Virus record (IMG/VR): IMGVR_UViG_3300025915_000014
Location: 1-64,000 of that record
Reading direction: 5' to 3' (one strand)
DNA: 64,000 nt
Source of the DNA: a virus
Taxonomy: Duplodnaviria > Caudoviricetes
Below are positions 36,435-44,543 of the stretch, piece by piece. How positions within the stretch are numbered: the stretch's first letter is position 1; every line of letters begins with the position of its first letter. A program made the position numbers and the translations under genes. The notes below the pieces were generated by a model. It searched no databases. It worked only from the letters and a program-made list of their open reading frames with translations, and had not been told where the DNA came from.

Positions 36435-39400
36435 GCGTTCCCCCCGTCCCACCAGTCCGCGTGCGCAACATCGACAGTCTGACCCACGACGCCCGCCGTG
36501 CCGGGCTGTGACGCGCCCCCGGCTGCGCCCGGTGCCTGCGCGCCCATACCGGCCGCGGCGGGCACACGCGCGGGCAGGGCGCCCGCGGCGGGGGCGGTGA
36601 CGGCGAGCGCCCCAACCCGTCCGAACTGGACGAACTCGTGCACGACCAGCGCGCCGCCGCAGCCGCCGCGGGCCACCCCGGTGCCGGTGACGCGCCGCGG
36701 GTTGACGTGCAGCCCGCCGCCGGGCGCACCGTCCGCCGCCGCGGTACCGGTACGGGGCCGCACCATCACCCGCGGCCCGGACGCGACCACGGAGGCGACC
36801 CCGCCGCCGGTCTTGGTGTGCACGGTGTGCGCGACGAAGACCTTGAGCCCGCCCGGGGCGCCCGTCGCCGCCGCGGTCCCGGTGCGCGGCCGGGTCATGC
36901 TCTCGGTGCCGCCCGCGCCGCCGCGGGCCGCCGCGGTCCCGGCCCGGTTCAGGATCGAGCCCGAGCGCCGCCCGTCCGGCGCACCAACCGCGGCGGCCGT
37001 CCCGGTCTTGGCGATGACGCCCGCAGACAGCACCACCCGGGCACCGGAGGGGGCCCCGGCGGCGGCGGCCGTCCCGGTCTTGGTGTGCACCGTCGCCCTG
37101 GCGCCACCCGGGGCGGCCTCGGCTGCGGCGGTGCCCGTCTTGCCGTGCACAGTCGACTTGGCACCGCCGGGGGCGCCCGCGGCGGCGGCCGTGCCGGACT
37201 TGAGGGCCGCGCCCGCGGACTGGACGACCTTGGCGCCGGACCCGACCGCAGCTCCGGCCGCCGTCCCGGCCTTGACGATCACCGCGGCGCTGGTGACCTG
37301 CTTGGCGCCGCCGGGCGCGCCGACCGCGGCGGCCGTGCCCAGTGCAGTGCGCACCGCCGCGGACGTGACGACCTTCGCCCCGCCGGGCGCACCGACCGCA
37401 GCGGCGGTGCCCGCCTTGACAACAGCCCCCGCGCCCTGCACGGCCTTGGCACCGCCCGCGGCGGCGGCTGCGGCCGCGGTGCCGGTACGTGGCCGCACCA
37501 TCGACTCGGTCCCGCCCGGAGCGCCCACTCCGGCCGCGGTGCCCGTCTTGGCGTGCTCAACCGTGCGGGCGCCGCCCGCGGCAGCTCCTGCGGCGCCCGT
37601 CCCGGCCTTGGTGATGGTCCCGGCCGATGTGACCGTCTTGGCGCCGCCCGGGGCCCCGACCCCGGCCGCGGTCCCGGCCTTGGTGATCGTGGTCGCCGAC
37701 GTGACCGTCTTCGCCCCGTTGGCTGCGAGCGCACCCGCGGCCGTGCCCGTCTTGGTGACCGTGAGCGCCGACGTGACGGTCTTCGTCCCGCCCGGCACGC
37801 CGACCGCGACACCTGCACCGGCCTTGAGGATCTGCCCGGCCGTCTGGACGACCTTGGCTCCGCCCGGTGCACCCACCCCGGCTGCGGTGCCCGCCTTGGT
37901 GACGACGATCGCCGAGGTGACGACCTTCGCGCCGTTCGCCGCGCATGCTCCGGCCGCGGTCCCGGTCTTGCGGTGCTCCAGGGTGCGGGCCCCGTTGGCG
38001 GCGGCGGCCGTGGCGCCAGTACCGGTCTTCTGGTGATCGGCGGTGTGCGTGCCGCCCGGCGCGCCCGCGGTTGCCGCCGTGCCCGTCTTGCGGTGCTCGG
38101 TTGTGCGGGCCCCGTTGGCCGCCGCCGCCGTGGCCGAGGTTCCCGTCTTCTGGTGGTCGACGGTGCGGGCCCCGTTGGCGGCGAGCGCCCCCGCCGCGGT
38201 GCCCGCCTTGACGATGGCCCCGGCCGACTGCACGGCCTTCGGCCCGCCCGGCGCACCGACCCCGGCCGCCGTGCCGGTCTTCGTGTAGACGGCCGCGGAG
38301 GTGACGGCCTTCGCGCCACCCGGGGCGCCCACCCCGGCACCGGCACCCGTCTTGGGATGCTCGACCGCCTTGGCGCCGTTGGCTGCGGCAGCCGACGCCC
38401 CCGTGCCGGTCTTCGGGTGCTCGACCGCCTTGGCACCGTTCGCGGCTGCCGCCGAGGCCCCGGTGCCCGCCTTGGCGTGATCCGTGGTGCGAGCACCATT
38501 GGCGGCTGCCGCCGACGCCCCGGTGCCCGTCTTGCGGTGCTCGATGGCCCTCGCGCCGCCGGGGGCGCCGACACCCGCGCCCGTCCCGGCCTTGGTGACG
38601 GACACGGCCTTGGCGCCGTTCGCCGCCGCCACACCCGCCGCCGTGCCCGTCTTGCGGTGCTCGGCCGCCTTGGCTCCGCCGGGGGCCCCGACCGCTGCGC
38701 CGGTGCCCGCCTTGGTGTACGTCGTCGCCGACGTGACCGTCTTCGGTCCGCCCGGCGCGCCCGTCGGGACCCCGGCGCCGGTCTTGCCGTGCTCCACGAC
38801 CTTCGGGCCGCCCACCGCGCCGCCGCCGACGCCGGTACCGGTCTTCGTCGACACCACCGGCGCCACACCCGCGGTGGCGGTCACCAGGGCGGCGACCCCA
38901 CCGAACTGGCTGGTCGAGCCGTTGGTCTGGGTGGGTGCTATCGCGCCCGCCCCGGAGGTGAGCCCGTAGCACCACTCGTCGGCGCTCGGGGTGAACACGA
39001 ACCCCGCCGGGGTGCCGGTGGCCGTCGGGGTGCCCGCACTGACCGAGCCCCGCCCGAAGTACAGCTCGCCCGCGCCCGCCGCCGTCACGCTCGGCCACGG
39101 CAGCGTGGTCGTGGTCGAGCTCGTCTCGGAGGTGCCCGCCGCGCCGTCCTGCGCCCAGGTGGCGGCCGTGCCGAGGGTGAACTCCTGCGGGAAGTAGCTC
39201 AGCACCTTGGCCGACATGTCCGCCGACCAGGTCGCGGTGACCGTCCCCCCGGTCACGGTGCTGGTCACGGTGCCCAGCCACACCTCATAGCAGCGGCCCC
39301 GCGCCGCCGACCCGAACCGGCCCAGGTTGGTCCAGGTGCAGCCGCCGCCGGACAGCCCGGTGACCGTGGCGGTGGCCGAGTTCGCGCGGATCCCGACCAG

Positions 39401-40963
39401 CACCGCGTTCCCAATGGCCGTAGTCGTGATCGGGAAGGTGAGCGCGGCGGTGGTGTCCGCGACCCCGGCCATGGACCCGACGGGGGTGATCCCTGCGCCG
39501 GTGACGACCTTGGCGCCGCCCATGCCGCTGCCGCCGCCGCAGCCGCCGGTCTTGATGTAGGTCGCCGTCGCGGTGGGTGGCGGGAGCACCACCTCCGCGG
39601 CGATCCACCCGTTGACGGTGATCCCGGCCGGGGTGGGGGTGACGGTGCGGGTGCCGGTCGCCCCGGCCGCCGGGATCGTCTCGACGTACACCGCGGACAT
39701 CGAGTACAGCGCCCCGGCCTGCACCTGCGTGAGCAGCGTGGCGGTCGGGTAGGCCTCGGCGGTGCCGTTGCAGTCGGTGCCGAACGTACTCAGCAGTAAC
39801 CCGTTCGCGACGCCGGTGGTCGTCGGCGCGGTCTGCGCCATCGCCGCGATGCGGGCCTGCACCGTCCACGCCGAGAACACCGCCGGGGTCCCGACGTTGT
39901 AGGTGCCCGCCTGCAACGCGACCGCGATGCCCGTCCCGTCGGAGGCGGTGGTCGAGTTGAAGGTGAACTGGGAGGCGGCGACCTCGGTGGCGGTCGCGAC
40001 AATCCCCCACGCCTTGACGCCCGGCGAGTTGTTCGCCGAGTTCGCGGCCTGCGCGGACAGCTGTCCGAACCCGGACGGCGCGGTCATGCTCGCCGGGACG
40101 TCGTCGGCGTCACCGTACTGGAGCACCAGCAGGTAGTCCCCGACCGCCAGCCCGGCCGGTTTCGGGACGGTGAACGACGGCTGCCCGGCCGCGGACTTGC
40201 TGCCGACCGCGTAGGAGCGGATGACGGGCATGACGCGGTCGTCGAACGTCCCCGGCCACGGCTTGGGCTGACTGGTCGGTCCGAGGAACAGGCCCGGCGG
40301 GAAGAACGACTGCGGCGCCGGGTTCGGGGCCGCGGCGGGCAGCACCTCGACGGCGACCAAGCCCCAGTCGTCGTTGGTGAAGGTGTAGGACATCGTGACG
40401 GTGCCGCCGGTGGACGGCGACGTGGACCCGCAGCCGTTCCCGGCACCCGAGTTGGAGTCCCCGGACTTCTGCCAGCGCAGGGTCTGCCCGGATCCGGTGG
40501 CGGTGTAGGTGGTGACCGCGCCCGACGCCATGGCGTCGATCACCAGGCCGCCGCTGGTCGTCCCGGTCACCGCCAGCGACGACGACGCCTGCACGGCACC
40601 GAAGTTCTTGAATACGGTCCCCAGCGCCCCGCCGCCGGTGACCGACACCGAGCCAGCGTTCATGGTCTTGCCGCTGGACGCCGGAGTGAGCACCACCGTG
40701 GACGCGCCCGCCGGTGGGTTGTTCAGCACGAACAGCGCCGCGAAACCACTCGTGCTGTTGGCCGAGTTCTGACGGCCCAGCAGCGTCATCGCCACGCCGC
40801 CATAGGTGGCCGTCGGGTCCGCCACGGGTGTTCCGCCGACCGCGCACGCCACGAGCACGTGGCTACAGCCCGCGCCCGCGGTGTGCGTCCAGCTCAGCGA
40901 GTTGCCGGAGAGGACGCCCGCACCTGCCGAGCTAGGGCCGACAGCATCGAAGAGGACGGCCAT
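36431..40963 (-). CDS. Large fibre-like structural protein (1510 aa) with tandem repeats
   Basis: Three beta-rich modules then about 33 K(T/A)GT..GAPGG/AANG repeats. Confidence 0.85.
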   Translation of the reverse strand: MAVLFDAVGPSSAGAGVLSGNSLSWTHTAGAGCSHVLVACAVGGTPVADPTATYGGVAMTLLGRQNSANSTSGFAALFVLNNPPAGASTVVLTPASSGKTMNAGSVSVTGGGALGTVFKNFGAVQASSSLAVTGTTSGGLVIDAMASGAVTTYTATGSGQTLRWQKSGDSNSGAGNGCGSTSPSTGGTVTMSYTFTNDDWGLVAVEVLPAAAPNPAPQSFFPPGLFLGPTSQPKPWPGTFDDRVMPVIRSYAVGSKSAAGQPSFTVPKPAGLAVGDYLLVLQYGDADDVPASMTAPSGFGQLSAQAANSANNSPGVKAWGIVATATEVAASQFTFNSTTASDGTGIAVALQAGTYNVGTPAVFSAWTVQARIAAMAQTAPTTTGVANGLLLSTFGTDCNGTAEAYPTATLLTQVQAGALYSMSAVYVETIPAAGATGTRTVTPTPAGITVNGWIAAEVVLPPPTATATYIKTGGCGGGSGMGGAKVVTGAGITPVGSMAGVADTTAALTFPITTTAIGNAVLVGIRANSATATVTGLSGGGCTWTNLGRFGSAARGRCYEVWLGTVTSTVTGGTVTATWSADMSAKVLSYFPQEFTLGTAATWAQDGAAGTSETSSTTTTLPWPSVTAAGAGELYFGRGSVSAGTPTATGTPAGFVFTPSADEWCYGLTSGAGAIAPTQTNGSTSQFGGVAALVTATAGVAPVVSTKTGTGVGGGAVGGPKVVEHGKTGAGVPTGAPGGPKTVTSATTYTKAGTGAAVGAPGGAKAAEHRKTGTAAGVAAANGAKAVSVTKAGTGAGVGAPGGARAIEHRKTGTGASAAAANGARTTDHAKAGTGASAAAANGAKAVEHPKTGTGASAAAANGAKAVEHPKTGAGAGVGAPGGAKAVTSAAVYTKTGTAAGVGAPGGPKAVQSAGAIVKAGTAAGALAANGARTVDHQKTGTSATAAAANGARTTEHRKTGTAATAGAPGGTHTADHQKTGTGATAAAANGARTLEHRKTGTAAGACAANGAKVVTSAIVVTKAGTAAGVGAPGGAKVVQTAGQILKAGAGVAVGVPGGTKTVTSALTVTKTGTAAGALAANGAKTVTSATTITKAGTAAGVGAPGGAKTVTSAGTITKAGTGAAGAAAGGARTVEHAKTGTAAGVGAPGGTESMVRPRTGTAAAAAAAGGAKAVQGAGAVVKAGTAAAVGAPGGAKVVTSAAVRTALGTAAAVGAPGGAKQVTSAAVIVKAGTAAGAAVGSGAKVVQSAGAALKSGTAAAAGAPGGAKSTVHGKTGTAAAEAAPGGARATVHTKTGTAAAAGAPSGARVVLSAGVIAKTGTAAAVGAPDGRRSGSILNRAGTAAARGGAGGTESMTRPRTGTAAATGAPGGLKVFVAHTVHTKTGGGVASVVASGPRVMVRPRTGTAAADGAPGGGLHVNPRRVTGTGVARGGCGGALVVHEFVQFGRVGALAVTAPAAGALPARVPAAAGMGAQAPGAAGGASQPGTAGVVGQTVDVAHADWWDGGNA
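36660..38850 (-). repeat. Coding tandem repeats of 60 or 72 nt (20 or 24 aa)
   Basis: e.g. KTGTGASAAAANGAKAVEHP and KAGTAAGVGAPGGAKTVTSAGTIT. Confidence 0.9.
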
Positions 40964-40983
40964 CGCTCAGCCCCCGCCCGGAT

Positions 40984-41520
40984 CTAGTTGACCAGGCGGA
41001 CGTCCAGGTAGTGGCACAGCCAACTACCGGTGGTGACGCTGGGCGTGACGCCGATCCGGACCGTGTTGTTGATCGTCGAGTCGAAGGTGAGCACCGTCGG
41101 CGCGGTCGCCGGAGCCAGGTCCGTCAACCCGGTGGTGATGTTGGATATCTCGAAACAGCCCAGGATCGACGCGGCGGTACCGGCGCCCTGCGCGCGCATC
41201 GACGCGTTGCCCTCCAGCCGCCAGGTGCGGTTGGTCTGCGACGCCTGCACGGCTATCGCGGCGGTGACCGCGATGGCCTGCCCGGCGGCGATGGCACCGG
41301 TGCCCAGGTACACCCCCATCACGAGGGTGCCGGGGGTGGCGGTGGAGGTGAAGCGGCCGAACGCGACGACCTCCATCCGGGTGGCGATCAGCAGCTGGTT
41401 GCTGCTCAGCACGATCGGCGGCGGTGGGGAGATGTCCCCGAGTGCGGCGGTGCCGGTGTACGCGGTGCCGTCCGCGATGCCGAACGGCGCAACCGCCGAC
41501 ACCCACGACTGGTTGCCCAT
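40984..41520 (-). CDS. Beta-rich structural-region protein
   Basis: Thr/Ala/Gly-rich, in head-neck cluster. Confidence 0.75.
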   Translation of the reverse strand: MGNQSWVSAVAPFGIADGTAYTGTAALGDISPPPPIVLSSNQLLIATRMEVVAFGRFTSTATPGTLVMGVYLGTGAIAAGQAIAVTAAIAVQASQTNRTWRLEGNASMRAQGAGTAASILGCFEISNITTGLTDLAPATAPTVLTFDSTINNTVRIGVTPSVTTGSWLCHYLDVRLVN

Positions 41521-41709
41521 CTATGCCACCGTGAAGGCGTCGATCAACCAGACGATGGTGACCAGGGCCAGGCCGAGCGCCACGAAGTGCACCCGGGTGT
41601 TCCAGCCGCCCGCACCGTCCGGGCGGGCGGTGCCCGCGTAGGCGCCCAGCAGGAAGCACACCAGCGCCGCGATCAGCAGCACGATCTTGATGATCTGGCC
41701 GGTGCCCAT
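41521..41709 (-). CDS. Small two-TM membrane protein
   Basis: Two hydrophobic helices; SD GAGGGGGG. Confidence 0.7.
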   Translation of the reverse strand: MGTGQIIKIVLLIAALVCFLLGAYAGTARPDGAGGWNTRVHFVALGLALVTIVWLIDAFTVA

Positions 41710-41719
41710 GGCACCCCCC

Positions 41720-42031
41720 TCAGTCGGTGATCCCGGGTACGTGCAGGCGCCCGCGCGTGTGGGGGATCTCGTCGCGGACCTGGTCCGGGTTCGCCCCCGG
41801 GTAGGCGTCCTCCGGGGTGTCCCACTCCGCCCAGCCCGCCGACCGGCGGATCAGGTTCGCCCGCCGCCAGCAGTTCCGGCAGCACGGCAGCCCCTCCCAG
41901 ACGGGCACCGAGTGCGCGTTCCCGACGAACCGGTGCCCGCAGCCGCCGCAGCGCAGCGTCGCCCACAGCGGCGCCCGGCGCCCCGGATGGATACCCGGGG
42001 CGCGCAGGGTGTGCCCGCCGAGCTGGGTCAA
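41720..42031 (-). CDS. Cys-rich hypothetical protein
   Basis: CGGC...CCRNC; overlap with upstream gene. Confidence 0.6.
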   Translation of the reverse strand: MTQLGGHTLRAPGIHPGRRAPLWATLRCGGCGHRFVGNAHSVPVWEGLPCCRNCWRRANLIRRSAGWAEWDTPEDAYPGANPDQVRDEIPHTRGRLHVPGITD

Positions 42032-42486
42032 GGCAGCAGCCCGAACGTCGGCGTCACCTTGATCACGTCACCGATCGCCATCGTCGCGACCGCGGTGACG
42101 TCGTCGAAGTTGGCGTAGAAGATCCCCTTCTCGGAGCCGTGCCCGGAGATGTCACACAGCCCGAAGAAGTTGATCGCCGTCGCGTAGGACGCGCCCGCCG
42201 CCGCGAACGACACCTGCGCCGCCCCGGTCTGGCGGCCACCCGCGGCGTTCCCGGACCCGGCGGCCTGCGCCGCCCACGACGCCGCCGCGATCGACACCCG
42301 CGCGTAGGAGGTGTAACCGGCCTCGGCGACACCCGTGTAGGTGCCCAACACCGCGGTCTGCGCCGGGACCGTGGACGCGGTCGCCCCGGTGCACAGCAGC
42401 AGATAGGTGGTGGTGACGTTCGTCCCGCCGCGCGGGAAGATCCCCAGGATGAGGTCCAGGCCCTCGTTCGGAATGACCTCAGCCAT
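42028..42486 (-). CDS. Virion structural protein (E..YAR-motif family)
   Basis: EAGYTSYARVSI; resembles 25369..25842. Confidence 0.75.
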   Translation of the reverse strand: MAEVIPNEGLDLILGIFPRGGTNVTTTYLLLCTGATASTVPAQTAVLGTYTGVAEAGYTSYARVSIAAASWAAQAAGSGNAAGGRQTGAAQVSFAAAGASYATAINFFGLCDISGHGSEKGIFYANFDDVTAVATMAIGDVIKVTPTFGLLP

Positions 42487-42706
42487 CGACCCGCTCCCAG
42501 TCCCTCGACAGTTCGACTTCGGTGAGCCCGGCCGCGACCCCCATGCCCGAGCCGTCGTCCCACTCCAGGACCAACGTCCCGTAGTGCGCGGCGTCCTGAT
42601 CGTTCGGATCGACCTGCCGCACGAACGCCACCGCATCGGGCGGGAAGATCGCGTACTGGGTCACGCCGCTGGTGTTGCGGTAGCGGTCGCCCTCTTTCAC
42701 GCTCAT
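42479..42706 (-). CDS. hypothetical protein
   Basis: ATGA overlap with rpf stop. Confidence 0.65.
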   Translation of the reverse strand: MSVKEGDRYRNTSGVTQYAIFPPDAVAFVRQVDPNDQDAAHYGTLVLEWDDGSGMGVAAGLTEVELSRDWERVDG

Positions 42707-43371
42707 CGGATCGTCAGCCTCTCCCCGGGGAAGATCAGGTTGGGACAGCCGGAGCGGTAGCCGTGAAGCTGCGCTACCCGGATGTGGTGTGCCCGCGCGA
42801 TGGAGGACAGCGTGTCCCCGGCCTTCACGCGGATCGAGGCGTGCGACAGCGCGACGGGTGCGCGCCGTGGCGCCGTGCGGGCGGCCACCACGGCGCGCGG
42901 CTTCGGCTTGACGGCGACGACCGGGGCGGGCTTGGACGCGGCGACCCCGCGAACCTGTACCGGGCCCCCCGCCCGTGCCGACCAGCAGGGCTGCGTGGCG
43001 AGCCAGGGTTGGGTGCCGCGCGCATCCAGCAGCAGCCCGGCCCGCTGGATCTGCTCCGCGGCGGTCGCGTTCAGCGGGTTCCCCGACCCGCCCACCGACC
43101 GCCACGTCGGCAGATCGAATTGGAACAACCCGAAGTGCGTGCCGTTGGACGCCTGCGGGTTGCCGCCCGACTCGCAGTGCGCGATGGCTCCCAGCACCGC
43201 GCGGTCCGCGACGGCCGCGGACGCCACATCGGTGAACGCCAGGCTGCCCGGCACCGCGAGCAGCGCCCCCCCGGCCAGCGCCACGCGCATGCGGGGACGG
43301 CCCGGCGGTGGCGGCGCCCGATGCCGCCCGACGACGGCGCGGTGCCGCCCCTCGTAGGTCCGGTCGGTCAT
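42703..43371 (-). CDS. rpf: Resuscitation-promoting factor (Rpf transglycosylase + LysM), secreted
   Basis: GRHR leader, signal peptide ..VASA-A, AIAHCESGGN...GLFQF...TW..VGG...A.AAEQ...A...G..PW..C; LysM VKAGDTLSSIA...PNLIFPGE.L. Confidence 0.9.
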   Translation of the reverse strand: MTDRTYEGRHRAVVGRHRAPPPPGRPRMRVALAGGALLAVPGSLAFTDVASAAVADRAVLGAIAHCESGGNPQASNGTHFGLFQFDLPTWRSVGGSGNPLNATAAEQIQRAGLLLDARGTQPWLATQPCWSARAGGPVQVRGVAASKPAPVVAVKPKPRAVVAARTAPRRAPVALSHASIRVKAGDTLSSIARAHHIRVAQLHGYRSGCPNLIFPGERLTIR

Positions 43372-43778
43372 GTCACCTGTCCCGATCCGGGGCCCGAGCG
43401 GAGCAGGAACACCGCGCCGATGGTGCCGCCGGTGGTGGCGCCGGTGGTGTTGATGACCGCCCGCAGCCACCGCCGGGGCAGCGTGTCGAGCGCCAGCCGG
43501 TAGGTGGCGTTGCCCTGCGGGGTGCCCAGCGCCGGGATGGATCCCTGGGTCTGCCCCGCGTAGGGCTGCCAGTTGGTCGAGCCGTCGTCGGAGTCCTGCA
43601 CGGTGATCGCATTGGATCCGTCGGTGACCGCCCCGGCGGACACGACGAGCATCCCCACCCGGAACGGGCCACCCCCGGCGACGGTGTCCACCGGGGTGCC
43701 GTTGACCACGCCGTTCGCCCGTACCGCGGGCGGCAGCGTCAGCCGGGCCCCGGTGTCGTCGTACATCGAGTCGCGCAC
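43368..43778 (-). CDS. Putative capsid decoration/cement protein
   Basis: Beta-rich, VQDSDDGSTNW, RWLRAV pattern; near capsid gene. Confidence 0.7.
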   Translation of the reverse strand: MRDSMYDDTGARLTLPPAVRANGVVNGTPVDTVAGGGPFRVGMLVVSAGAVTDGSNAITVQDSDDGSTNWQPYAGQTQGSIPALGTPQGNATYRLALDTLPRRWLRAVINTTGATTGGTIGAVFLLRSGPGSGQVT

Positions 43779-43779
43779 G

Positions 43780-44130
43780 TCAGACCTCGCTCGCGCTGGT
43801 GGCGGCCGGGGCCGCCGCCGGTGTGGGTGGAGGAGCGGCCCCGGCCCCCGACTTGCTGCGCGGCGGTGTCGCCCGCGCCATGCTGCGCCGCTCACCAGGC
43901 GCGGCCGTGGCCGTCTCGCTGGCCCCCGCGTAGGAGGCCAGCGGACGGCGGATGACGGACGAGTCACGCACCAGCAACGGCCGGAACATGTCCGGGAAGC
44001 GGACCACGATCTCATCGGTGGCCGGGAAGACGTCCCCCGGCCCGACCGCGTAGGGCACCAGCCCGTCACGGTCCAACGAGCAGGAGAAAGCCTGCTTGGC
44101 CTGCATCATCACCGGCGCCTCGCCCGCCAT
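43780..44130 (-). CDS. hypothetical protein (post-capsid)
   Basis: ORF track; start could be 44109. Confidence 0.65.
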   Translation of the reverse strand: MAGEAPVMMQAKQAFSCSLDRDGLVPYAVGPGDVFPATDEIVVRFPDMFRPLLVRDSSVIRRPLASYAGASETATAAPGERRSMARATPPRSKSGAGAAPPPTPAAAPAATSASEV

Positions 44131-44145
44131 CCGCCTAGATCACCA

Positions 44146-44535
44146 TCACTCGTCTTCGTCGCCGCGACCGAGCTGCCCGGTCGAGCGCATGCCAACCGGT
44201 TCCCCCGGTCCGCGCGCGGTCGCCTCCTCGAACTCTGCGGAGTTGTCCTCGGCGTGCTCGGCGAAGTGCCCGACCTCCGGGCCCGCGAACTGCTGCGGCT
44301 TGAGCGGTCCCGGCGCCTGCGGGCGCTGGTCCCCGGTGCGGTTGTCCAGCCGCGGGTCCACCCCGAGCGCCTCCAGCTCGGCCGCCGCCTCGGGCGTGGT
44401 GCCCGCCGCGCGCCGCTTGGCGTCCAGTGCGGCACCCGATAGCGCGCCGCCGGACTTGCCGCTCGACTTCGAGGTCGCCGGGGTGCTCGCCGGAGGCTTG
44501 GTCGTGCCCGTGCTGCTGGTGCTGCTTTCGCTCAT
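44146..44535 (-). CDS. Low-complexity hypothetical protein
   Basis: SD AGGAGG after capsid stop. Confidence 0.7.
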   Translation of the reverse strand: MSESSTSSTGTTKPPASTPATSKSSGKSGGALSGAALDAKRRAAGTTPEAAAELEALGVDPRLDNRTGDQRPQAPGPLKPQQFAGPEVGHFAEHAEDNSAEFEEATARGPGEPVGMRSTGQLGRGDEDE

Positions 44536-44543
44536 CAGTCCTC

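Noticed and set aside
36660-38850. Collagen-like triple helix
   Set aside because: Glycines are not at every third residue; period is 20 or 24 aa
36638-39799. 1053-aa and 512-aa plus-strand ORFs
   Set aside because: Antisense to the repeat fibre gene; stop-free frames arise from repetitive GC-rich codons
19705-40963. Diversity-generating retroelement acting on fibres
   Set aside because: No reverse transcriptase and no template/variable repeat pair with adenine-specific differences seen
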